Of a DNA stretch of 64,000 bases, positions 20,696-29,050 are shown piece by piece. Source of the stretch: Vescimonas coprocola. Lineage in GTDB: Bacteria; Bacillota_I; Bacilli_A; RF39; UBA660. Below the pieces are notes generated by a model, which saw only the letters and a program-made list of their open reading frames with translations, had not been told where the DNA came from and did not search any database. The DNA lies in NCBI GenBank assembly GCA_963660615.1, contig CAVKYE010000006.1, forward strand, positions 5,145 to 69,144, given 5' to 3'. Both the position numbers and the translations under genes were made by a program. How positions within the stretch are numbered: the first letter of the stretch is position 1; every line of letters begins with the position of its first letter.

Positions 20696-21838
20696 TTATG
20701 ATACTACTCCACTAAGCCATACAGAAGGATATCCAATATATGGAATCGTGAAGGACACTTTGCCAACAACTTGTTCTGCACTAACCCTATCAAGATCAAC
20801 CGTATTATTATGATCACCCTTAGTGACATATAAAATATTTCCATATTCATCATTTTCAGTATCAACTATCCTATGAACAACAAACTTAGAGCCACTAGTA
20901 AATTGAATAATATCATTCTTTTGTAATTCTTTCTTTTCTAATCTAGTAAGTTTTCTTACAACAACAGCATCACCACGATTAAATGTCGGTGACATACTAC
21001 CCGATAATACAGCAACCGGTTGATACTTAAATACCCCAATAACAAATCCAGCCATTACAGCAATAAAAGCAAATACCGGAATATACATGGCAGGATTGTA
21101 TTTTTTTCTATCCCGTGCCGATAACCTTTCATTTTTCTTAATATGTTCAAAATTTAAATATACAAAAAGGGCAAGTGGTACAGTTACACCAACAACAGAT
21201 GTTACAAACCAATCAAAGTTTGGCATTATTGGAACAATAAATTCTGGGAGTGTCAAGAAAAGCCTATAAATTATAGATAACTTTGCTCCGCCTATTAAAA
21301 CAAAATAAGTCATAACACCACTCGTCACAAAAGTCGGAATTAAAACCTTAGCCGTATATATAAATGCTTCTTTTGCATTATCAAAATTTTCTGTGATATC
21401 CGTAAAAGATACATTAATCAAAGCTAACAAAATAGTAATAATTACAAAATTATATATTTTTTTCTTTTCAAGCTTAACCATAGCCTCACGAATTATCTCT
21501 TGGAAAAATATTATACTACCAAACGCCCATATATTCTTAAGAATACTCAAAATATCCTTAGAATAAGGCGTGTTTTGATACCCAAATAACAAACCCAACA
21601 AGAAATAAATTATAAAATAAATAATTAAACCAATTATCAAGCTTTGCGTTTTCCCAGTTTCATTCTTTATTCTAGTACTAGTATCCTTACTCAGGTATAT
21701 AGAAATTCCACATATCACAACCCAAATAAGAGGATTTACAAGTTCATTATAAAACGATAAAGATGATGGAGATAAAACAAAATTAGAAAGCAATATATAG
21801 CCTATTAATAAAGCGTATATTATCAAAAGATTCCTCAT
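20696..21838 (-). CDS. sipW: SipW/ER-type signal peptidase I fused to an N-terminal polytopic membrane domain of about 270 aa
   Basis: The C-terminal 110 aa carry the S26B motifs SGSMSPTFNRGDAVVV (catalytic Ser), FVVHRIV (His) and TKGDHN. The preceding about 270 aa have at least 7 hydrophobic segments. Confidence 0.8.
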   Translation of the reverse strand: MRNLLIIYALLIGYILLSNFVLSPSSLSFYNELVNPLIWVVICGISIYLSKDTSTRIKNETGKTQSLIIGLIIYFIIYFLLGLLFGYQNTPYSKDILSILKNIWAFGSIIFFQEIIREAMVKLEKKKIYNFVIITILLALINVSFTDITENFDNAKEAFIYTAKVLIPTFVTSGVMTYFVLIGGAKLSIIYRLFLTLPEFIVPIMPNFDWFVTSVVGVTVPLALFVYLNFEHIKKNERLSARDRKKYNPAMYIPVFAFIAVMAGFVIGVFKYQPVAVLSGSMSPTFNRGDAVVVRKLTRLEKKELQKNDIIQFTSGSKFVVHRIVDTENDEYGNILYVTKGDHNNTVDLDRVSAEQVVGKVSFTIPYIGYPSVWLSGVVS

Positions 21839-21975
21839 ACTTTTTTACCCCTTCTTAGACATTTTTTATCTAACCCCACTACTGTAAACAATTATAGCAT
21901 AAATTAAACTATTTATCAATTAATTTCCAAAACAAAAACTAAAAAACTACCTTTCGATAGTTTCTTCAAATATAC

Positions 21976-22533
21976 TTACGCTTGAGTATAAGATAAAGTT
22001 ACACCAAGTTGTGCTGTTTCTTTAGCAGTAACAGTATTTTCACCTGGATCCGTGAACTCTGCTTTAACAGTCATAGTAGCAGTTCCATTAGCAGCAATTG
22101 TAGTTGGTGTTGGAGAAGTAACTGTAAATTTAATATTTCCCTTAGTTGCAGTTAAACCAGTTACAGTACCACCATCAAGAGTTAAAACAGGAGTACCATT
22201 TTTAGCAGACAAAGTACCACTATTTTTAATAGTTAAAGTGAATAATACTGAATCACCAGGTTGAGTTAAATCAGCAGTTAAATTAGCAGTTAAATCATCA
22301 TTACTATAAGTAATTGAACCAGTTGGAGCAGTAGCACCACCTAAACCAGTAGTACTATCAATAACACCAGCACCATCTTGCTTAGAATTATCAAAACGTA
22401 CATCCCATTTAGAAGTAATGTTTGCAGTTCCATTAATATTTAATTGTGTTGCAAATGCAGCATAACCAACTGCCATAACCAATACTATTGCAAGTAATCC
22501 TCCTATTAAAACATTTTTATTTTTTTCGTTCAT
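21976..22533 (-). CDS. TasA/camelysin-like secreted protein with a SipW-dependent-type signal peptide (paralog 1)
   Basis: MNEKNKNVLIGGLLAIVLVMAVGYAAF signal peptide. LTQPGDSVLFTLTIKNSGTLSAK resembles TasA LKPGDKLTKDFQFENNGSLAIK. Thr/Gly-rich body. Has its own extended -10 promoter and a weak terminator. Confidence 0.7.
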   Translation of the reverse strand: MNEKNKNVLIGGLLAIVLVMAVGYAAFATQLNINGTANITSKWDVRFDNSKQDGAGVIDSTTGLGGATAPTGSITYSNDDLTANLTADLTQPGDSVLFTLTIKNSGTLSAKNGTPVLTLDGGTVTGLTATKGNIKFTVTSPTPTTIAANGTATMTVKAEFTDPGENTVTAKETAQLGVTLSYTQA

Positions 22534-22623
22534 CCTTTTTCTTCCTTTCTAGTATATTTGGCAAGTACACATTCCTACCATTGAAACAATTATATCACAT
22601 CAAAAAAAAAAAGCAATAAAATT

Positions 22624-22660
22624 TCTAAAAAAATAGATGATTTTTTTCATCTATTTTAAA
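22624..22660 (-). terminator. Rho-independent terminator after TasA-like paralog 2
   Basis: Minus strand: AAATAGATGA-aaaaaaa-TCATCTATTT followed by a T-run. Confidence 0.7.
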
Positions 22661-22671
22661 TTATCCTGTGA

Positions 22672-23175
22672 CTAAGCACTTTGAACATAATTCATAACCA
22701 TTGACAAATCACTCTTAGTATTTGTTGGCTGACCAGTTACAGCAGGATTATATTGAACCGTTATAGTAAAAGTCTGAGTTTTTCCTGCAGCAATTACATC
22801 ATCCTTAGCAATACCATTATAAGTATAAAGAATTGCATCATTTTCATCATGGGTAAATGTTAAATTACTTAACTTAGCAGCAAGCGTTCCATCATTTTTA
22901 ACCGTAACAGTATAAGTTAAAGAATCTCCTGGCGAAACTAATTCAGTCGTAAAATTAGCATTCAAACTACCATCTTCAACCGTAGCACTTACACTCTTAG
23001 CAGTTCCAACTGGTGTTCCCGGAGTAATACTATCAATATGTACATCCCATTTAGAAGTAACATTTGCAGTACCTTGTATATTTAAAGTCGTACTAAAAGC
23101 AGCATAACCTACAGCCATTACAAATACAATTGCAAGTAATCCGCCTATTAAAGCGTTCTTGTTTTTTGCTTCCAT
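22672..23175 (-). CDS. TasA/camelysin-like secreted protein with a SipW-dependent-type signal peptide (paralog 2)
   Basis: MEAKNKNALIGGLLAIVFVMAVGYAAF is nearly identical to the paralog 1 signal peptide. LVSPGDSLTYTVTVKNDGTLAAK. Confidence 0.7.
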   Translation of the reverse strand: MEAKNKNALIGGLLAIVFVMAVGYAAFSTTLNIQGTANVTSKWDVHIDSITPGTPVGTAKSVSATVEDGSLNANFTTELVSPGDSLTYTVTVKNDGTLAAKLSNLTFTHDENDAILYTYNGIAKDDVIAAGKTQTFTITVQYNPAVTGQPTNTKSDLSMVMNYVQSA

Positions 23176-23235
23176 ATTTTCATCCTTTCCTTACAATCTA
23201 AATATATCATAAATAGTACAATTTTTCAATATCTT

Positions 23236-24900
23236 TTACATCATTTTTGGAATAGATATTCCAAGAATTCCAAGTAAAGTTTTAATAACCTTATTATTAA
23301 AAGTCAAAACCGTTTCAAATTCTTCTTTCTTATCCCCACTTACTTCACTTAACTTATTTGCGTGATAAAAATTATTAGCAATCACACATAACTCATACAA
23401 ATAATTAGCCAAGTGATGAGGTTTTCTTTCAGCAGAAGAAATATCTATTACATTACTCACTTCAAGTAATTTAAGTCTTAAATTTCTATCAGATAATCCA
23501 TAAATTTTTGATAACTTAGTATATTTGCCTTCCAACAACTTATTTATACGTAAATAAGTATACAAAATATAAGGACCAGTCTTACCATTTACCTCACTAA
23601 ACTTTGAAACATCAAAAATATAATTTCTTTCCAAATCATTTTGCAAATCAGCAAATTTTATAATAGCATTTACAATCTTATCCAAATCTTCTTTATCCAT
23701 CATTTTATTTTCTTCTCTTAAAGAAACAAACTCATCTTGAACATTCTTTATCAAATCCTCTAATTTCAAAGCACCACCAGTACGAGTTTTAAAAGGTTTA
23801 CCATCCTTCCCATTCATAGTTCCAAAACCATAATGTTCCAAATTCCCTTCGTACATATGGCTTTTTTTAGTCGCCCTAAATATTTGCGTAAAATGCATAC
23901 TCTGCCTAGCATCAACAACATAAATAATTAAATCAGGGTTATAGTCCTTTGCCCTTTGCCAAATAGTACCAAGATCTGATGTTGCATATAAATAAGCACC
24001 ATTACTTTTTTGAATCAAACAAGGTGGAATAACAACCTTATCACCATCTTCTTTAACATCAATAACTAAAGCACCATCATCCTCTTTAAGAATATTTTTT
24101 TCATTGAAATACTCAATCATTTCATCAAACACTTTAAAAGAATCACTTTCACCATACCACAAATCAAAATGAACGTCCAAATAATCATAAATCCTTTTAA
24201 TATCCTTAACTGATATCTCACAAATTTTTTTCCATAACACACGGTAATCAGGGTCACCCTCTTGAAGTTTTTTAGTAATTAAAGCACATTTTTCCTTAAT
24301 TTCATCATTTTCTTTACATAAAGCACTCATACGCGGATAAGTTTTATTTAAATAATCCAAATCAAAATTTATATCCTCATATGAAACCCCAGGAAAATCT
24401 TCCAATATTCCATATATAACCTGTCCCATTTGAGTTCCAATATCACCCAAATGAACATCACCAATCACCTTATTACCCTTAAATTTTAAAAGATTATAAA
24501 TAGCCTGTCCAATAATAGCTGGACGCAAATGTCCTACATGAAGTGGTTTTGCTACATTAGGTCCACCATAATCAACAACAATAACCTTATTTTCCTTAGT
24601 ACTACCTAATATATCTTTATCCATAAGTTCATTTAACTTAGTATTAATATAAACATCACTAACATTTATATTAATAAAACCAGGATTTGCCAAAGTTACC
24701 TCTTTAAAATAATCACTGTAATCATTTTGATTAATCTTATCAATAAATTCCTCACCTATCATCATTGGTGATTTTGAATATACCTTAGCAAGTTTAAACA
24801 AATCATCACATTGAAAATCAAAACCCTTATTAGATTTAATTATTTTAACATTAATATCATATCCCAATTCCTTAAAAATCCCATTAAATATATTTTCCAT
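23236..24900 (-). CDS. argS: Arginine--tRNA ligase
   Basis: HIGH-type motif PLHVGHLR and an ArgRS-like C-terminal anticodon-binding region. True start is MENIFNG at 24900 behind AGGAGG. The ORF-track extension runs into the T-box leader. Confidence 0.9.
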   Translation of the reverse strand: MENIFNGIFKELGYDINVKIIKSNKGFDFQCDDLFKLAKVYSKSPMMIGEEFIDKINQNDYSDYFKEVTLANPGFININVSDVYINTKLNELMDKDILGSTKENKVIVVDYGGPNVAKPLHVGHLRPAIIGQAIYNLLKFKGNKVIGDVHLGDIGTQMGQVIYGILEDFPGVSYEDINFDLDYLNKTYPRMSALCKENDEIKEKCALITKKLQEGDPDYRVLWKKICEISVKDIKRIYDYLDVHFDLWYGESDSFKVFDEMIEYFNEKNILKEDDGALVIDVKEDGDKVVIPPCLIQKSNGAYLYATSDLGTIWQRAKDYNPDLIIYVVDARQSMHFTQIFRATKKSHMYEGNLEHYGFGTMNGKDGKPFKTRTGGALKLEDLIKNVQDEFVSLREENKMMDKEDLDKIVNAIIKFADLQNDLERNYIFDVSKFSEVNGKTGPYILYTYLRINKLLEGKYTKLSKIYGLSDRNLRLKLLEVSNVIDISSAERKPHHLANYLYELCVIANNFYHANKLSEVSGDKKEEFETVLTFNNKVIKTLLGILGISIPKMM

Positions 24901-24904
24901 ATTT

Positions 24905-25118
24905 ATCCTCCTAAATTCGAAAAAAATCCTATAAAATAAGGACGAGTTAACCCGCGGTACCACCTTACTTCATAGAATTATCTATGCCACTTAAATCTTT
25001 AATGCAGATATACAAACAGCTCCAAAGTACGTTCATAAAATATTACCAACCTAGTTTCCACTATCCTAGACTCACTTTTAATAATTTAGATTACTACTAC
25101 TCTTTTTCTTCGCCTTAA
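24905..25118 (-). promoter_or_regulatory. T-box leader (tRNA-Arg responsive) of argS
   Basis: The minus strand contains AAGGTGGTACCGCGGG (T-box core, plus 24953-24964). It also has a stem I start GGCGAAGAAAAAGAGTAGTA, a candidate specifier GAA-CGT-A (CGU = Arg, plus 25029-25031) and a T7 run before the RBS. A TTGACT-17-TATAAT promoter lies at 25124-25152. Confidence 0.8.
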
Positions 25119-25192
25119 GTAAAATTATAGTTAATAGTTTCACAAAAGTCAACAAAATTGTCACAAAAAATAAAAAAATAGATATAATGTAA

Positions 25193-25221
25193 TTGACAAC
25201 ATTCAAAATTTATATTACAAT
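25193..25221 (+). promoter_or_regulatory. Sigma-A-type promoter of tRNA-Cys
   Basis: TTGACA, 17 nt, TACAAT, ending 18 nt before the tRNA 5' end. Confidence 0.55.
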
Positions 25222-25239
25222 TAATATGCACTTATAAAT

Positions 25240-25313
25240 GGGTCTATAGCCAAGTGGTAAGGCGTGGGACTGCAACTCCCTGATCGTTGGTTCAAATCCG
25301 ACTAGGCCCTCCA
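25240..25313 (+). tRNA. tRNA-Cys (GCA)
   Basis: 74 nt. Acceptor stem GGGTCTA/TAGGCCC, anticodon loop CTGCAAC, T-arm GTTGG-TTCAAAT-CCGAC, encoded CCA. Confidence 0.9.
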
Positions 25314-25327
25314 ATTATGATATATAG

Positions 25328-25354
25328 CTTATAAACAAAAGTTTATAAGTTTTT
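25328..25354. terminator. Bidirectional terminator between tRNA-Cys and msrAB
   Basis: CTTATAAAC-aaaa-GTTTATAAG followed by TTTTT. Confidence 0.65.
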
Positions 25355-26255
25355 ATTTTACATATTTTAAATAATCCCCATAACCTTTTTCCACCATTTT
25401 TTCCTTAGGAATAAATTTCAAAGCCGCACTATTCACACAATATCTTTTACCGCCCTTATCCTTAGGACCATCATTAAAAACATACCCCAAATAATTCCCG
25501 CTCCTTCTTGCAACAAGAAGTGCCCTAAACATCAAATGACGCAAATCAAGCTTTTTAACAATCTCATTTTCATCTATAACCCTAGTAAAACTTGGATAAC
25601 CAGACTGTGAATCATACTTATCACTCGATGAAAAAAGCGGTATTTTTGTTTTTATATCAACATATATCCCCTCATCAAACAAATTATAATATTTATTTTT
25701 AAAAGCCCGTTCCCTTTTATACCCCTTAATAACATCATAATCATCTTTAGAAAGTTTATAAGACTCCATTTCAACTTTCCTAAAAGCCTCCTTAGGTATC
25801 TGGCAATAACCAAAAGGATTTTTTTTCAAAAAATTTTGATGATATTCTTCAGCTCTTTTAAAATTATGAACAGCCTCAATCTCAATTACAATAGAATCTA
25901 AATAAATACTTTGAAGTCGTTCCAAAGAATTTACAATTATCTCTACATCCTCTTTATCAACATAATAAACTCCAGTTCTATATTGAACCCCAACATCATT
26001 TCCTTGTTTGTGATAAGCAGTTGGATTAATAACATCATAATAATACTCCAAAAGTTTTTCCAACGAAATTATTTTTGGATTATATACAATATGAACAGCC
26101 TCTGCATGGCCACTATCTTTACATACATCACGATACTTTGGATTTTTAGTAAAACCATTTATATACCCGACCTCCGTTTTACAAACACCATCAATAAAAT
26201 TAAAATAATGCTCAAGTGCCCAAAAACAGCCACCAGCCAAATAAATTTCCTTCAT
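25353..26255 (-). CDS. msrAB: Bifunctional methionine sulfoxide reductase MsrA-MsrB fusion
   Basis: N-terminal GGCFWALE (MsrA active-site region) and C-terminal RYCVNSAALKF (MsrB). Start is MKEIYLAGG at 26255 behind AAGGTGA. Confidence 0.88.
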   Translation of the reverse strand: MKEIYLAGGCFWALEHYFNFIDGVCKTEVGYINGFTKNPKYRDVCKDSGHAEAVHIVYNPKIISLEKLLEYYYDVINPTAYHKQGNDVGVQYRTGVYYVDKEDVEIIVNSLERLQSIYLDSIVIEIEAVHNFKRAEEYHQNFLKKNPFGYCQIPKEAFRKVEMESYKLSKDDYDVIKGYKRERAFKNKYYNLFDEGIYVDIKTKIPLFSSSDKYDSQSGYPSFTRVIDENEIVKKLDLRHLMFRALLVARRSGNYLGYVFNDGPKDKGGKRYCVNSAALKFIPKEKMVEKGYGDYLKYVK

Positions 26256-26334
26256 ATTATCACCTTTTTTATTATGTACTTGATTAATTATTATATCAAA
26301 GAATTTACATTTTGCAAGCAAAAAACACCTATTT

Positions 26335-27507
26335 CTAGATGTTTTGCTTTATAACAACAATATCATAATCATAAATTGGATCCATTAATATAATAGATTC
26401 ATTTTTATCAACCATATCCTTCTCACGAGGTAATATTCTAATAATATGTGGATGACGAACAACATCATCATTTTTCATTTCTTCTCTCACATCTTTTATC
26501 ATTTGATACACATCATTGTCCAAACATAAAATTGGAGTATAGCCCTCACTCTTTATAACATCTAAAATCTGAAGACTTGTATCAAAAATGTTTATAACCT
26601 TTTCCTTATCATCCGCATTATACTTAATTTCATCATTATTTAATTCATAGACCACAGGAAAAGTAATCTTATAATTTTTTAAAAGTTTAATAATTTTTTT
26701 AGTTTCATGAATCCCTTCATCTTGAGTCACAGCCTTGCCACTTATAAAAGCACCAATCGGAATATTTTCCTTCTGACAAAGATCAGCATTTTTTATAAAA
26801 ACACTTTCCCCTTTACCAAAAGACGTACAAGTCACCAAAACATATGGAACCTTATTTTCTTTAAAATAATCACAATCATCCTTAGTCAAAACATCATCAT
26901 CAGAAACCTTTTGACCAACAAAATACGAAGTATTAATACTCTTCTTCTTTTCCTTCTTCTCCTTTAGTGGAAGCCTTTCAGTCTTAACTCTCTCTTCTTC
27001 ATCATTCCCTTTAACATGCAAAGACGGTTTATCAATTTGAACAGTTGAATGAACTATCTTTATTTCTCGTTCCTTAGTTTGTTTATTTTCTTCATTCTCT
27101 GCTTCCTTCGCAATCTCATAAGTATTAACAATAGTCTCCAAAGCATTTATATAAGTAATATCATTACGATTATCACCAAGCGTTAATACCTTATCACCAA
27201 CCTTTATCTTACTAGAAGAAACACAAGTAACCAAAGGATCATTTATATAAAGATATCTTACCTTTTCCTCCAAAGCTTCTAAACAAAGAGTATAAACCCT
27301 AACCCAAGCAGCAGTCCAATTTTTCTCGTTATTTTGCTTAGAAGGTATCTCCACCACCTTCTCACCATTCAAAAAATTTATTATAACCCTTCTATCTTGA
27401 CTATTACACCTTATTAAATTGTTCTTCTGTTTTAAATGACGTTGAACCCATGACTTCACAAGATTAAAATCAATATTTGTTTCTTTTTCAATTTGTTTTA
27501 ACATCAT
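26335..27507 (-). CDS. Hypothetical protein
   Basis: 390-aa ORF with a TTGACA-18-TATAAT promoter upstream and a Lys/Glu-rich linker. I cannot support a family assignment. Confidence 0.5.
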   Translation of the reverse strand: MMLKQIEKETNIDFNLVKSWVQRHLKQKNNLIRCNSQDRRVIINFLNGEKVVEIPSKQNNEKNWTAAWVRVYTLCLEALEEKVRYLYINDPLVTCVSSSKIKVGDKVLTLGDNRNDITYINALETIVNTYEIAKEAENEENKQTKEREIKIVHSTVQIDKPSLHVKGNDEEERVKTERLPLKEKKEKKKSINTSYFVGQKVSDDDVLTKDDCDYFKENKVPYVLVTCTSFGKGESVFIKNADLCQKENIPIGAFISGKAVTQDEGIHETKKIIKLLKNYKITFPVVYELNNDEIKYNADDKEKVINIFDTSLQILDVIKSEGYTPILCLDNDVYQMIKDVREEMKNDDVVRHPHIIRILPREKDMVDKNESIILMDPIYDYDIVVIKQNI

Positions 27508-27671
27508 ATCACCTATATCTATCTTGTAACCATTATAACGCCTATAAGGCTATCATGTCAATGAAAAGTAAAGAAATTTAACAGGAAAAAATTGCTTATT
27601 TAAAACAAATAAAATCACAATCACCATCAAACCTCAATACAATTTTAAAATATAGTTATAAACGAAAAAGG

Positions 27672-28565
27672 CTATTTGCCTTTTTCATCTTTAAACATTT
27701 CATTTATAGTAGTACCCAAAGTAGCTAAATTTTGCAAATCTGATGGAACAATTATCTTAGTAGCATTACCATCAGCCACCTTAGTTAAAGCATCAAAACT
27801 TCTTAAAGTTAAAACTGTTTTATCAGCCCCAGCTTCTTTTATCATCCTAATACTTTCAGCCTCAGCCGTATTAATCTTCAAAATAGCCTCAGCTTCACCC
27901 TCAGCCTTTCTTATTTGTGATTCCTTATCAGCCTCAGCCCTAAGAATAGCACTTTGTTTTTCACCTTCAGCAATCAAAATACTTGATTTCTTTTCACCTT
28001 CAGCTCTCAATATAGCTTCACGACGTTCACGCTCAGCCCTCATTTGTTTTTCCATAGCTTCTTGAATATCTCTTGGAGGTAAAATATTTTTAACCTCTAC
28101 CCTATTTATTTTTATTCCCCATGGATCCGTTGCCTCATCTAAAATAGAACGCATCTTAGTATTTATAACATCCCTTGATGTCAAAGTTTGATCAAGTTCC
28201 AACTCACCAATTATATTTCTCAAAGTAGTTGCCGTTAAATTCTCAATCGCATTTATTGGATTATCTACTCCATAAGTATATAACTTCGGATCAGTTATTT
28301 GAAAATATACAACAGTATCTATTTGCATAGTTACATTATCCTTAGTAATTACTGGTTGTGGAGCAAAATCCTTTACCATTTCTTTCAAACTAACAACAGC
28401 CGCAATCCTATCCACAAATGGAATTTTAAAATGCAAACCATTATTCCACGTCATATAATATGATCCCAAACGTTCAATAACATAACATTGTGATTGTGGA
28501 ACAATCTTTACATTTGGAATTATTATAACTATAGCTAAAATTAAAATTACTAAAAAAACACTCAT
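27672..28565 (-). CDS. SPFH/band-7 (stomatin-like) membrane protein
   Basis: N-terminal TM, then IVPQSQCYVIERLGSY...ITKDNVTMQIDTVVYFQITDP, and a C-terminal AEGE-repeat coiled coil. Confidence 0.85.
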   Translation of the reverse strand: MSVFLVILILAIVIIIPNVKIVPQSQCYVIERLGSYYMTWNNGLHFKIPFVDRIAAVVSLKEMVKDFAPQPVITKDNVTMQIDTVVYFQITDPKLYTYGVDNPINAIENLTATTLRNIIGELELDQTLTSRDVINTKMRSILDEATDPWGIKINRVEVKNILPPRDIQEAMEKQMRAERERREAILRAEGEKKSSILIAEGEKQSAILRAEADKESQIRKAEGEAEAILKINTAEAESIRMIKEAGADKTVLTLRSFDALTKVADGNATKIIVPSDLQNLATLGTTINEMFKDEKGK

Positions 28566-28566
28566 T

Positions 28567-28989
28567 TTATTTACCCTCTTTCTCTACTTTAATCTTCACG
28601 CCGTTAATTTCCAAAACAACGACGCCATCACCTTTTTTTAAAGAATCATCGGAATAAGCAGTCCATTTTTTACCATCGACCTTTACTTCACCAGTATTCT
28701 CGATAATATCCTCAGTTACAACACCTTTCATGCCAATTATTCTGTCAGCATTTGTTGGTTGTTTTTTCTGTTTCAACAGATTTACCACAAGCGGTCTTGT
28801 TGTCACAAGCAAAATTACTCCCAATATAACAAACACACCAAATTGTATAACATAATTATCCGTTATAAAAGAAATAAATAAAGCAACAATACCACTCGCA
28901 ACAAACCAAATTGTCGTCAGCCCAAAACTCATAGTTTCCAAAACCGCTAAAATAACAATTACAGCAAGCCAAACACACCACTGCTCCAT
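28567..28989 (-). CDS. NfeD-family membrane protein (partner of the SPFH protein)
   Basis: Three TM segments plus a C-terminal OB-like tail (GEVKVDGKKWTAYSD...GDGVVVLEINGVKIKV). True start is MEQWCVW at 28989 behind GAGGAGG. The longer ORF-track form would overlap the upstream gene. Confidence 0.8.
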   Translation of the reverse strand: MEQWCVWLAVIVILAVLETMSFGLTTIWFVASGIVALFISFITDNYVIQFGVFVILGVILLVTTRPLVVNLLKQKKQPTNADRIIGMKGVVTEDIIENTGEVKVDGKKWTAYSDDSLKKGDGVVVLEINGVKIKVEKEGK

Positions 28990-29050
28990 ACTATACCTCC
29001 TCAAAATTATTATACTATAATAAATACAAAAAAAGCAACAAAAATGTTGC

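Noticed and set aside
26335-27507. The C-terminal half of the 390-aa protein looked vaguely like a GH25 lysozyme barrel
   Set aside because: I could not identify the catalytic Asp/Glu motifs or any solid conserved block, so the gene stays hypothetical.
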